Positions 55,566 through 64,000 of a DNA stretch of 64,000 nucleotides are shown in pieces. Both the position numbers and the translations under genes were made by a program. This DNA is from a virus (lineage: Duplodnaviria > Caudoviricetes), in the IMG/VR virus record IMGVR_UViG_3300048881_000698, positions 1 through 64,000 of that record. The stretch is one strand, 5' to 3'. The first letter of the stretch is position 1, and every line of letters starts with the position of its first letter. The notes beneath the pieces were generated by a model. It made no database searches and was not told where the DNA came from. It saw only the letters and a program-made list of their open reading frames with translations.

Positions 55566-58010
55566 TTATCCGCATTTGGCATAGCCGCATGATTGGCATG
55601 TCACGCAGCCATCCTGGTATATCAAACCTATCTCTGTGCTACAATCTGGACAGATTTTATCCGAATATACTTTTTCTCCATTTTTGATATAGCTTTTAAG
55701 AATTCTTGCAATACAACGAGAGAAACTAAAAAGATCGCTGTCTTTGTCTTTCTGAAGTTGTTCCACTAAAAAACTTGGCTTAGATCCGTGACGAAGAGCG
55801 AGAGAAATGATTCTGGTAAAAGCGGAATTGTTTGGGTTGTCAAAAACCTTAACGATATCTCTTATAAGCACTTCATCTCCATTGTCACCAAATCGCAAAT
55901 CATAGCGATTATTTCTTGTCTTAAATTTAGTTTTTGATAAATGCCCTTGTGTGTGGCGTTTCGGAATTTCGATCAAATTAGACAAGCCGCCCATAACTTC
56001 ATATGGCTTTTCATCAAGTTTCCCAACTAGAATCGTCCATTTTTCTCCTTGAATTGTGGTATGATGAATATCACATTCTAATTCCTCGGGTCTATCCGGA
56101 GCCAAATTTTGCGGAAACGGTTCTCCACTCCTTTCAGAGTCCGTGACTAGTACACCAGATCTCGAACCATCAACATATACCGTAACGCCCTTCAAGCCCA
56201 GCTTCCACGCCAAAAAGTAAAGCTCAGCAACAACTTCAGGTTCTGTACCTTTCGGCAAATTAATAGTAGAACTAATAGAATGATCTATATTGCGCTGAAT
56301 TGCTGCCTGTACCGCTATTCTGCGTTTCCAGTCAATCTGATCGCTCGTGACAAAAAATTCTGGTAGACTATCCGATGAATTTGTCCTGCTCGAGCCAATT
56401 ACTTCTAACCAATTTTTAACATTGTGGTGGAATACCTTATATTCCAGCCATTGATCTCCAAGTTCATCGACGTAATCTGGATTAACATCTTGTTCGTTGT
56501 GAGAAAGTTTGCGCCTTCGTATATAAAAGTTTCTGAACACAGGCTCAAGGCCTGAACTTGTTTGAGACATAATAGAGACAGAGCCAGTAGGAGCGTTTGT
56601 CAAGATAGAAATATTGCGTCTTCCGAATCTGGAAATTTTGTCCCGCAAAATTTTCGGCAATCTCGAAATATAAGAATTCGATTTCTCTGTGGGCCAGTCA
56701 AACACCGGGAATGTGCCTCTTTCCTTTGCCAAGTCGACGCTTTCAGTGTAAGCGGCATTTCTTATCGTTTCGTAAATCTTTTCAATTATTTTTATAGCAT
56801 CTTCAGAATCATAACGAAGATTCAAACACGCAATTGCATCGGCCAAGCCATGAGTTCCCAAGCCAGTTCTCCTGCCATTTTGACAGGCCTTTAAAAGGTT
56901 TTTCCATAATGCTTTCTCGTCTCGCGTATCACAAGTTTTAATAATTTTCTCGAGTTTTTCAATTTCAAGCTCAACAAGATCATCCGACAGTCTCATCGCT
57001 TGTGTCGCAACGTTGGACAGTTTAAGAAAATCAAATTTTGAATTTTTAAAAGGATTAACAACAAAATTTTTGAGATTGATAGAGATCAAGCGACAACTAT
57101 CATAAGCAGACAAGGGAATTTCACCGCAAGGATTAGTTGTTAAAGTTTTAAAACCAGCATCTGCATAGCACTCAGCTGGGAGTTCTTTAGTAATATTATC
57201 CCACATCATGAGTCCGGGTTCCGCAGTTTTAGTTGCTGATTCGACTATGGTTTCCCATAGTTCTTCTGCTTGAATTTCTTTTGTGATAGTTGGAGAGTCG
57301 GAGCCAACAGGAAACTGCAAAGTGAACGCATGTTTGTTCTCAACCGCTTTCATGAACTCATCACTTATTTTAACAGATATGTTCGCGCCCGTAACCTTTC
57401 TTAAATCATGTTTCATGGTAACAAATTGTTCAATGTCTGGATGTCTTACATCCATTGTGATCATCAATGCGCCGCGTCTTCCATTCTGCCCGATCATACG
57501 GCAAATATAAGAATAAAAATCAGCAAAAGACCATGCACCAGTCGTCGTTCCTGCAGAGTTGTTAACAGCTGTGCCATCTGGACGAAGGTTCGAAACATCC
57601 ACGCCCACACCACAACGACGTTTGAATAGATTAGCTAATTCTTTACCGGAGTCTACGATAGAAGAGATGTTATCTTCTGGTGATGCGACAACAACACAGT
57701 TTGATAATGATACATTGACATGGTCATTACCAACACCCATCATGGGCGAACCTTGAGGAACTACATATTTAAAGTCTTTAAATAATTTATAAATTTCCTC
57801 TTCGGAAAGCTTTCTACTACCGCCGAACTTTTTTTCAACCCTTGCAAATTCCTTTGCCAATCTTTTATGCATGTCATCAGGAGTTTTTTCTAACAACTCC
57901 CCTTTCTTATTCTTCAACGCATACTTAGTGACCCACACGTTCGTCGCGAGATCATCACCATTAAAATATTCTAAAGTCGCTTTCTCTACCTCTTCTTCAG
58001 CGTACACCAT
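55566..58010 (-). CDS. nrdJ: ribonucleotide reductase, class II (B12-dependent)
   Basis: SLSNC, GRRGA, TNPCGE, TNAPTG, ISSTIN, C-terminal TSCPD-like domain and Zn ribbon; no nrdB nearby. Confidence 0.88.
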   Translation of the reverse strand: MVYAEEEVEKATLEYFNGDDLATNVWVTKYALKNKKGELLEKTPDDMHKRLAKEFARVEKKFGGSRKLSEEEIYKLFKDFKYVVPQGSPMMGVGNDHVNVSLSNCVVVASPEDNISSIVDSGKELANLFKRRCGVGVDVSNLRPDGTAVNNSAGTTTGAWSFADFYSYICRMIGQNGRRGALMITMDVRHPDIEQFVTMKHDLRKVTGANISVKISDEFMKAVENKHAFTLQFPVGSDSPTITKEIQAEELWETIVESATKTAEPGLMMWDNITKELPAECYADAGFKTLTTNPCGEIPLSAYDSCRLISINLKNFVVNPFKNSKFDFLKLSNVATQAMRLSDDLVELEIEKLEKIIKTCDTRDEKALWKNLLKACQNGRRTGLGTHGLADAIACLNLRYDSEDAIKIIEKIYETIRNAAYTESVDLAKERGTFPVFDWPTEKSNSYISRLPKILRDKISRFGRRNISILTNAPTGSVSIMSQTSSGLEPVFRNFYIRRRKLSHNEQDVNPDYVDELGDQWLEYKVFHHNVKNWLEVIGSSRTNSSDSLPEFFVTSDQIDWKRRIAVQAAIQRNIDHSISSTINLPKGTEPEVVAELYFLAWKLGLKGVTVYVDGSRSGVLVTDSERSGEPFPQNLAPDRPEELECDIHHTTIQGEKWTILVGKLDEKPYEVMGGLSNLIEIPKRHTQGHLSKTKFKTRNNRYDLRFGDNGDEVLIRDIVKVFDNPNNSAFTRIISLALRHGSKPSFLVEQLQKDKDSDLFSFSRCIARILKSYIKNGEKVYSDKICPDCSTEIGLIYQDGCVTCQSCGYAKCG

Positions 58011-59379
58011 CTTCATTCCTTTTTTTAAATTTTTTATATTTTTCTTCTAAAGATTTTTTTTGCTCAGACACAGTTTTCACAATACTTCTTATCTCATCAC
58101 TCTCTTGTTTCAACACATCAATAAAAACGGCAGAGGTGTTCATCGCTAGGGGGAATTCGATCCCGTCTGGCCCGTTTCTGTTTTTCGCAACAAACATTCT
58201 GCCGTTGTTGGTTTTTTTGTCGTTAACTGTTCTAGAAATAGTAAAAATAAAATCAGCAATAAAGCACTTGTTAAAGGCTTCTGAAATAGATTCCATTGTA
58301 ACTACCTCTGCATTTAAACCAGACCTATTGGTTTGAGAAGCCGTCCACACAGGGCACTCATGTGTCTGTGCGATAGCACGAAGGTCTTCATAAATAGTCT
58401 CTAGTTCGTGTCTTTTTTCCTTCCTAACTACAGAAGGTCGTAATAAATCTCCGTAGTCAACAATAATAAGATCTATATCGTATCCACGTTGCTTTAATCT
58501 TTCCAAATGATTCTTAATAGTTCCGGGCGATGCAGACTTTGTTGGGTACTCTTTAATGATCAAACTTGCGTCTAGACTTTTAATTTTTCCATAAATATGT
58601 TCTTTAAACATGTGAAGATCTTTTAGCTCCACCTTCGTGAGGCAACTGTCATATCTAGAAGCGATAGTGGTTGAGCATAATTCTAATGTATAGTGTACTA
58701 CGTTTTTACCCTTTTTTATAGCCTGGGTTCCTAAATGTACAAGCGCCATTGATTTTCCTACTCCTGTCGGAGCAATCACAACACCTAATTCACCTTTACC
58801 TAACCCACCGTCGCATATGTCATCGATTCTCTTCCACCCCGTGGTCATCGGATCTCGTGGTTTTCGCACCCATCTCTCTTCAAAATCCTTAAGATAATCA
58901 TACCCAAAATCATTGTCTAATCCTAGTTTGAGCGCTTCATTTATGATGTGCGCTATTTCATCAAAGGAAGATGTCTGCAGAAGCTTAACGCTTTGCAGCA
59001 TAGCTTCTTTAAGCTTTTGCTTCTTACAAAAATCCAAAGATGTCTTTTTAATAAATTCCGCATCGTCGTTTGGAATCTCTGATTTGTAAATTCTGGTAAA
59101 GAAATCTCTTGTTTGCTTTTGAGTGACAGCAGTTTCATCTTCTAAATCTGACCTAAGAATTGTAGCTAAAGTTTTGTAAGAAGGGTGAGTTCCGAATTCT
59201 TCTTTGTAAGCAAGCACTTTATCAATGAACACTCTAAGAAATTTAAGTTCTAAAAACTCTACATCAAATATTTCTATCATCTGATCGCAAAAGGTACGAT
59301 CAGTCAACATGTGTTGGCACAATTTCTCTTGAAAGTCTTTTCCGAACTTTGAAAAATTTGCCTTCTCGCTTGGTAACAT
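57997..59379 (-). CDS. replicative DnaB/gp41-like helicase
   Basis: APTGVGKS, LIIKEYP, IIVDY, TASQTNR, AKNRNG; start moved to 59379 to clear the tRNA. Confidence 0.93.
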   Translation of the reverse strand: MLPSEKANFSKFGKDFQEKLCQHMLTDRTFCDQMIEIFDVEFLELKFLRVFIDKVLAYKEEFGTHPSYKTLATILRSDLEDETAVTQKQTRDFFTRIYKSEIPNDDAEFIKKTSLDFCKKQKLKEAMLQSVKLLQTSSFDEIAHIINEALKLGLDNDFGYDYLKDFEERWVRKPRDPMTTGWKRIDDICDGGLGKGELGVVIAPTGVGKSMALVHLGTQAIKKGKNVVHYTLELCSTTIASRYDSCLTKVELKDLHMFKEHIYGKIKSLDASLIIKEYPTKSASPGTIKNHLERLKQRGYDIDLIIVDYGDLLRPSVVRKEKRHELETIYEDLRAIAQTHECPVWTASQTNRSGLNAEVVTMESISEAFNKCFIADFIFTISRTVNDKKTNNGRMFVAKNRNGPDGIEFPLAMNTSAVFIDVLKQESDEIRSIVKTVSEQKKSLEEKYKKFKKRNEDGVR

Positions 59380-59402
59380 TATCCCTCTGTTTAAGTTTGT
59401 GC

Positions 59403-59479
59403 TGGTACGCCCGCCTGGACTTGAACCAGGGACTTCCACCTTATAAGAGTGGCGCTCTAACCTACTGAACTACAGGCGC
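59403..59479 (-). tRNA. tRNA-Ile (anticodon UAU)
   Basis: GCGCCTGTAGTTCAGTAGGTTAGAGCGCCACT-CTTATAA-GGTGG...GGTTCAAGTCC...ACCA; promoter TTGACA at about 59515-59520. Confidence 0.93.
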
Positions 59480-59499
59480 TTTGATAATAATATATTACC

Positions 59500-60480
59500 T
59501 TATTTTTTATCTGTTGTCAAGCAAAATCTTTTCATCGTTCTGAAAAGACCTGTCCAATCATAGACTCCGAACCCATCTTCATTCATCATACAAATAATTT
59601 CAGTTTTATTAAACTCGCACTTGAAGTTCTCAACAATGCTTTTGATTTTTTGTTTTCCTTGCACGGAAATAATTGGGCAGTACAACTGCATGATTTTATA
59701 GTTTTCCTTAATCGCATCTTCTCCTCCCAAAATATTTTTATAAATTTTTAAATCACTATCGACGTTGTCACACTTCTCTATTACCTGCCCAAGAGTACAA
59801 TCTTCTTCTTCTTTAAAAAAAGGAAACCTCTTAGCTATCGTTTTTAGGCCGGCTCCTGGTACACCTTTAAGGTTATCGCTCTTGTCGCCGCAAATAGCCC
59901 TTGCAAGGGCGAAGTTGGTCGGATGAATGTCAAACCGCTCAAGAATGGTTTTCTTGCTTAAGACCTCTTTCTGTACAGGTCTGAATAAAACCGTCTCGTC
60001 GTCACACAATTGGAAAAAGTCTTTGTCACTACTCACAATAACTTTTTGAGAGCCTTTTAGAGACGGCAGCTGAGCTATGAAAGAAATAATATCATCGGCT
60101 TCAACTTCAGGAAGCACCAGCTGAATGACCGGCAATTCATTAAGATACTCAGCTAGTCTCGTCTGCTGCCAAATCTTATTTTCTAGTTCTTCATTCTCTG
60201 ATAAATTTCTAATATCTCTGTTAAGTCTAATGGGTTTTCTGCCTTCCTTGTAGTTCTTATTAACAGCCTTCCGCTTACGAGACCCGCCCGGGCCATCCCA
60301 AGCAACAACGATACTGTCAGGTTTAGTCTCCCTGATTAGCTTCTGTAATATTTTTAAAAAGCCTTTCACTCCGCCAATCGGTTGCCCATTTGTAGACAAG
60401 CTAGGATCTACAATGTAAGACCTGAAATACATATTCAAAGCATCTATTATCAGTACTCTATTTTTCTTAGTTGCTGACAT
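59500..60480 (-). CDS. 5'-3' exonuclease / flap endonuclease (T4 RNase H-like)
   Basis: LIIDA, VAWDG, YKEGR, EADDII, SSDKDF, GDKSDN..GVPG.G.KT. Confidence 0.93.
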   Translation of the reverse strand: MSATKKNRVLIIDALNMYFRSYIVDPSLSTNGQPIGGVKGFLKILQKLIRETKPDSIVVAWDGPGGSRKRKAVNKNYKEGRKPIRLNRDIRNLSENEELENKIWQQTRLAEYLNELPVIQLVLPEVEADDIISFIAQLPSLKGSQKVIVSSDKDFFQLCDDETVLFRPVQKEVLSKKTILERFDIHPTNFALARAICGDKSDNLKGVPGAGLKTIAKRFPFFKEEEDCTLGQVIEKCDNVDSDLKIYKNILGGEDAIKENYKIMQLYCPIISVQGKQKIKSIVENFKCEFNKTEIICMMNEDGFGVYDWTGLFRTMKRFCLTTDKK

Positions 60481-60763
60481 ATTTGCTCCTAAATTTCTCC
60501 AGTATCTTGAAGGACTTTGATTTCTTTTTCTCGTCGATGACTCTTTTGACTGCCGGTAAACAACGTTCCCAAAAGTGCTCAAAATATTCTTCTGAAAGTT
60601 TGGCTAGTGTCGGAGTCCAAGAAAGCTTTATTGGAGTTTTGTTAACTAGAAGTGTTTCTTTTTCTTTCTCGTGAAAAACCAGCCCTTCAATTTCTTCCCT
60701 GACCAATTTAAAAGAAATGTTTGGAAACAATTCACGTAACTTTTCTAAAAATTTCTCTTCCAT
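60467..60763 (-). CDS. hypothetical protein
   Basis: 98-aa ORF filling the gap. Confidence 0.6.
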   Translation of the reverse strand: MEEKFLEKLRELFPNISFKLVREEIEGLVFHEKEKETLLVNKTPIKLSWTPTLAKLSEEYFEHFWERCLPAVKRVIDEKKKSKSFKILEKFRSKYVSN

Positions 60764-60765
60764 TT

Positions 60766-61893
60766 CTATACTTCTTGCGGTTCTTCTTCTATATCATAAA
60801 ACTCTGCTGCGGAGCCTTCTCTTTTATCAAACTTAAGAATTACTTCTTCGTCCATTATCTCCAGCACTCTGTCACGAAATTTCTGATTTTTTAGCATCTC
60901 TTTCCACTTAGACGGTTGAAATTTTTCAAGAGTAAGATCAGCATACTCAAGCGAATACCATGCTCCGCTTTGCTTAAGGTGGTCAGAGCCTTTAACCGCC
61001 TCAAACCAACTATCCTCGTCCTGAATTCCTATGCTGTCGCCCCAAAGTATCTTGAAGGTGGCTTGCCTACCCTGAGTCCCAAAACGGCTCTTCTTGAGCG
61101 TCGCTTTCACCTCTGAGCCTATCCTAAATCCTCTTTCATCTAAGATATAGGAAGCCTTTGCTTTTCGACCTGTAAGCCAAATGCGAAGCGAATAAGAATA
61201 TATCATAGCTTTGCCGCCAGGTGTCATATATGGTTCCACCATCGCCTGAGAAGGCGAACTGGTGATGTTTGTCTTAAGTTGGTTGAGTACAAGAAATGTA
61301 GACTGACTATTTGCAATAGGCACAGTTAATTTAGACATACCTTTTGCAAGAATACGAGCCTTAACAGCCATTGAAGACTGTGGGTTGAAGTCGCCCTCTA
61401 CATCGCTAATAGCTGGCGTTAAGGCCAGGCTATCCCAGATAAACAACATTCTATTATCGTTGGTACCAAGAAGATCCTCAATGGTTTCAAGAACAAATTC
61501 AACATTCTGTGCCTGAACATACAAAAGATTTTCCAAATCACAGCCTGTGCGTTCAAGAAAGCCCGGGTCAATTGCGGACTCTGAATCGAAATAAATTACG
61601 TCAATGCCCATTTTTTGAGCGTTAGCAGCAATTTGTGCCGCCATATAACTTTTACCCGAAGATTCTAAGCCAGCAATTTCGACAACTTTTCCCATGGGTA
61701 TACCAGCTAGCTGGCCACGACAAACAATTGAGTCTAACCAACGGGAACCAGTTGAAATCCACTCCTTTACTTCTGTTGGGTTTTCATCCTTTAAATTATG
61801 TGCAAGTGATATGCCGGCTTTTTTGTTAATCAAGTTACGCATATCTGATATAGAAAGTTTTCCTGCTTTCACTTTATTTTTTGTTCTTGCCAT
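60766..61893 (-). CDS. recA: RecA/UvsX recombinase
   Basis: GLESSGKS, YFDSE, IWDS, VLNQ, TPGGKA; start MARTK at 61893 with GAGGAG SD. Confidence 0.93.
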   Translation of the reverse strand: MARTKNKVKAGKLSISDMRNLINKKAGISLAHNLKDENPTEVKEWISTGSRWLDSIVCRGQLAGIPMGKVVEIAGLESSGKSYMAAQIAANAQKMGIDVIYFDSESAIDPGFLERTGCDLENLLYVQAQNVEFVLETIEDLLGTNDNRMLFIWDSLALTPAISDVEGDFNPQSSMAVKARILAKGMSKLTVPIANSQSTFLVLNQLKTNITSSPSQAMVEPYMTPGGKAMIYSYSLRIWLTGRKAKASYILDERGFRIGSEVKATLKKSRFGTQGRQATFKILWGDSIGIQDEDSWFEAVKGSDHLKQSGAWYSLEYADLTLEKFQPSKWKEMLKNQKFRDRVLEIMDEEVILKFDKREGSAAEFYDIEEEPQEV

Positions 61894-61912
61894 GTTCTCC
61901 TCTGTATATATG

Positions 61913-61958
61913 AAAAGGGCCCTGGTCAGACCTGGGAGGGACAATACGACCAGGGCCC
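61913..61958 (-). terminator. 11-bp GC stem with U tail after the ssb gene
   Basis: GGGCCCTGGTC 61917-61927 / GACCAGGGCCC 61948-61958, then TTTT on the minus strand; unusually large 20-nt loop. Confidence 0.55.
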
Positions 61959-61977
61959 CTTCTCTATTTGAGCACTA

Positions 61978-62724
61978 TTATGAACTCAATAGATCTTTAA
62001 AAGCAGAATCTACTTCGGAAACATTTTCTGAATTAGACGTATACACTGTCTCTACAGAACTATCTTCTGTCTGATCTTCACTAGAAAGATACTCATCAAG
62101 CATCACCCCAACTTCTTCTGGGGTTTTGCGAGTGAACACTTTGTCAAACTCCGGAATGTTATCCAGCATCTCGCGCGAGCGCTCCCCATCATCACTGAGA
62201 GGCGTGGACTTGCGTCGAGGTGTGATAGATGTTTGAGGAAAGGATGCTCCCGCGGGCTTTCCATATCCGATAATAAGATCTGTACCTTCTTCGGCATCTG
62301 TGATATCCCCGTACTCTGGATTAAGTACAAGGCCCAGCAGCTTTTCATATGCTGTCTTACCATAACCCCAAAGACGAACGCCTTTGTGCTCTTCTCCTCG
62401 AACTACGACAGGGGAAAAGAAACGGCGACGGGCCATGAGGTCTTTTGCCATCTTTACACTGTCGTCAGTGTTCTCGTTGAAAAGCTCGCGGACGAAGCTG
62501 TCGAGAGGATCGTCCTCCCCAAAATTCTTTTTGGGACTGAGGAATCCAGGATTATTACCTAAGTTGTAATGAAACCAGTAATCCTTAAATGGATCTCCAT
62601 CTGACGTAGGGACAATACGAATCGTTTGTTCTCCGTCGTTTGGGCGCCAGAAAACAGATTCTCCGTTGCCTTTGTTTTGGACTTGGCTAAGTCTATTTTT
62701 AATTTTTTCTAAATCAATACTCAT
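61978..62724 (-). CDS. gp32-like single-stranded DNA-binding protein
   Basis: FWRP..G..TIRIVP, FHY, LWGYGK, DITD..EG.D, acidic C-terminal tail. Confidence 0.85.
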   Translation of the reverse strand: MSIDLEKIKNRLSQVQNKGNGESVFWRPNDGEQTIRIVPTSDGDPFKDYWFHYNLGNNPGFLSPKKNFGEDDPLDSFVRELFNENTDDSVKMAKDLMARRRFFSPVVVRGEEHKGVRLWGYGKTAYEKLLGLVLNPEYGDITDAEEGTDLIIGYGKPAGASFPQTSITPRRKSTPLSDDGERSREMLDNIPEFDKVFTRKTPEEVGVMLDEYLSSEDQTEDSSVETVYTSNSENVSEVDSAFKDLLSS

Positions 62725-62784
62725 ATTTTTGTATCTCCATGTTGGTTAAAGTCAGAATGACTAATCTCTCATTCTGCTATGTTT

Positions 62785-62813
62785 ATAGTACCACAATTAA
62801 TTTTATTTGTCAA
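62785..62813 (-). promoter_or_regulatory. sigma70-type promoter of ssb with a 5' leader hairpin (62753-62776)
   Basis: TTGACA-17-TACTAT; CAGAATGA/TCATTCTG inverted repeat. Confidence 0.75.
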
Positions 62814-62822
62814 GTACTTTTT

Positions 62823-63686
62823 TCATTTTTGTATCTCAAGACTGTGACCTAAAAGATATAGATAATCTTGTTCGTAGTCCGTAGAAAAAATACCGTAACT
62901 GGCTTTGACTTCGTCGTCTGTTTGGTCTTGGATTTGTTGTTTAATTTTTTTCATGAGTCGTCCATCGGACTGCAATTTATTTTTATTTATAGCATAATAA
63001 TATCGTATTTCATCCACGTTGTCAAGAGAGAAAAACAATTTTATATCACTCTCAGGATTCGATATTCCAATCGTAGAAACTCTCGCTGCCTCATGTGGTG
63101 GAGAGAACGTATCTGAAACCGAATCAAGGCGATCATATACATTTATCATATGAATAGTAGAAGAAATCAGTTCATAAATTCTTTCGTAGTATTCTGATAA
63201 TGGTAGATCTTCTAAAAAATCTTCGATTGCCGGAGTATCGACGAGAAAAATTCTTTCAAATACTCCCGATCTTGTGTATTCTTGTAACACATTGAAAATT
63301 ACTCGCTCATTCATTAAGTTTTTTTCTGCTATGTATTCTATATCCGGCCTAACATATAAGATTTTAATTAAGCAATTCAAACTTTTCAAAGTCTCGAGTA
63401 CTCTTAGCGAAGTCGCAGAGATAAACTCTGCACCATTGACAATGAACAAAGCTTCCCCTTTTATGCCTTTAAAAAAATATTCCATATCAGGGCAGTTTTT
63501 TTCGTAGGCTTCTGGGCTTTCTTGTTTTAACATGCTGTAAATTCCGTCTTGAGGGAAGTCCCCATAACCAGTTTTTTTAAGACCCTCTAAACCGACATCA
63601 ATTTTATAAATTTTATACTGATCATATTTTGTAAATTGATCTGCAACTAAACATCCAGTTTTTCCCAGCCCAATTATATTATTCAT
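62823..63686 (-). CDS. divergent tubulin/FtsZ-like protein
   Basis: NIIGLGKTGCLVADQF N-terminus, LYVRPD, IFLVD; the GGGTGSG signature is degenerate. Confidence 0.6.
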   Translation of the reverse strand: MNNIIGLGKTGCLVADQFTKYDQYKIYKIDVGLEGLKKTGYGDFPQDGIYSMLKQESPEAYEKNCPDMEYFFKGIKGEALFIVNGAEFISATSLRVLETLKSLNCLIKILYVRPDIEYIAEKNLMNERVIFNVLQEYTRSGVFERIFLVDTPAIEDFLEDLPLSEYYERIYELISSTIHMINVYDRLDSVSDTFSPPHEAARVSTIGISNPESDIKLFFSLDNVDEIRYYYAINKNKLQSDGRLMKKIKQQIQDQTDDEVKASYGIFSTDYEQDYLYLLGHSLEIQK

Positions 63687-64000
63687 TATAGTTTTACCCT
63701 TTTCATCTCTCCAAAGCTTTTACCTACTGAAGTATTGACTACAAATTTACCTAGTTCTGTTTCTGAGAATATTTCTTTAATCTCGGGAATCAAGTGCTTT
63801 TCATCTTCTGTGAAGTCGACTACTAGACTATCGTGTAAGCAAAAACTTATAAATGATTTTTTATCTTTCAAAAAATTATGCACTTCAATCATCCTATTTA
63901 AGAACAAGTCGCTAGCCGTGCTCTGAATTATATAATTTAACGCGTGGTGTTTATCAGCAGGTATAGTTCTGCCAAAGAAGGTTGACACTTGTGCCCCGTT
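63686..64000 (-). CDS. family A DNA polymerase C-terminus (partial)
   Basis: TFFGR, LNYIIQSTASD, motif C LHDSLVVD. Confidence 0.8.
   Translation of the reverse strand, partial: NGAQVSTFFGRTIPADKHHALNYIIQSTASDLFLNRMIEVHNFLKDKKSFISFCLHDSLVVDFTEDEKHLIPEIKEIFSETELGKFVVNTSVGKSFGEMKRVKL

Noticed and set aside
59380-59439. Extended helicase N-terminus in the track
   Set aside because: It overlaps tRNA-Ile; the ATG at 59379 has a purine-rich SD (AGAGGG)
1841-63926. Plus-strand ORFs in the track (e.g. 3905-4444, 37164-37874, 50451-50867)
   Set aside because: They are antisense shadows of well-supported minus-strand genes, with no motifs or ribosome-binding sites
1-64000. Stop-codon reassignment or inteins
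   Set aside because: Conserved genes are full length in the standard code and end in TAA, TAG or TGA; DnaE, NrdJ, helicase and RecA have normal lengths

Overview
This window is a fragment of a large T4-like/jumbo dsDNA bacteriophage genome. Essentially all real genes are on the minus strand, and the standard genetic code is used. Reading in transcription order (right to left): (1) A replication/nucleotide block at about 43-64 kb: family-A polymerase C-terminus, degenerate tubulin/FtsZ-like protein, gp32-type SSB, RecA/UvsX, 5'-3' exonuclease, tRNA-Ile(UAU), DnaB-type helicase, class II RNR, GroES, lytic transglycosylase, a tail fibre with S74 chaperone, DnaE, dUTPase, adenine methylase and IMPDH/GMPR. 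(2) A chaperone/late block at about 33-43 kb (ClpP, GroEL, Hsp20, scaffold-like proteins). (3) A run of proteins at about 22-33 kb that share an N-terminal MKLLFENWRxYLxE tag but carry different enzymatic domains. (4) An early region at about 2.5-21.5 kb with about 20 near-consensus sigma70 promoters, a MoxR AAA/vWA pair, tRNA-Leu(UAA) and more than 35 tiny MKVGDLV (KOW/SH3-like) genes. These genes are chained by a roughly 30-bp dual-coding junction repeat, and a cassette pair has been duplicated with its breakpoints at these junctions. The region also holds a promoter-driven, roughly 560-nt, highly structured non-coding RNA. (5) Late genes with an MKLTKQQLxxxIKEEL tag at 1-2.1 kb. The best candidates for undescribed systems are the junction-repeat minigene cassette array, the ncRNA locus and the tag-plus-payload protein array. 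All functional calls come from motif recognition by eye; no database search was run.
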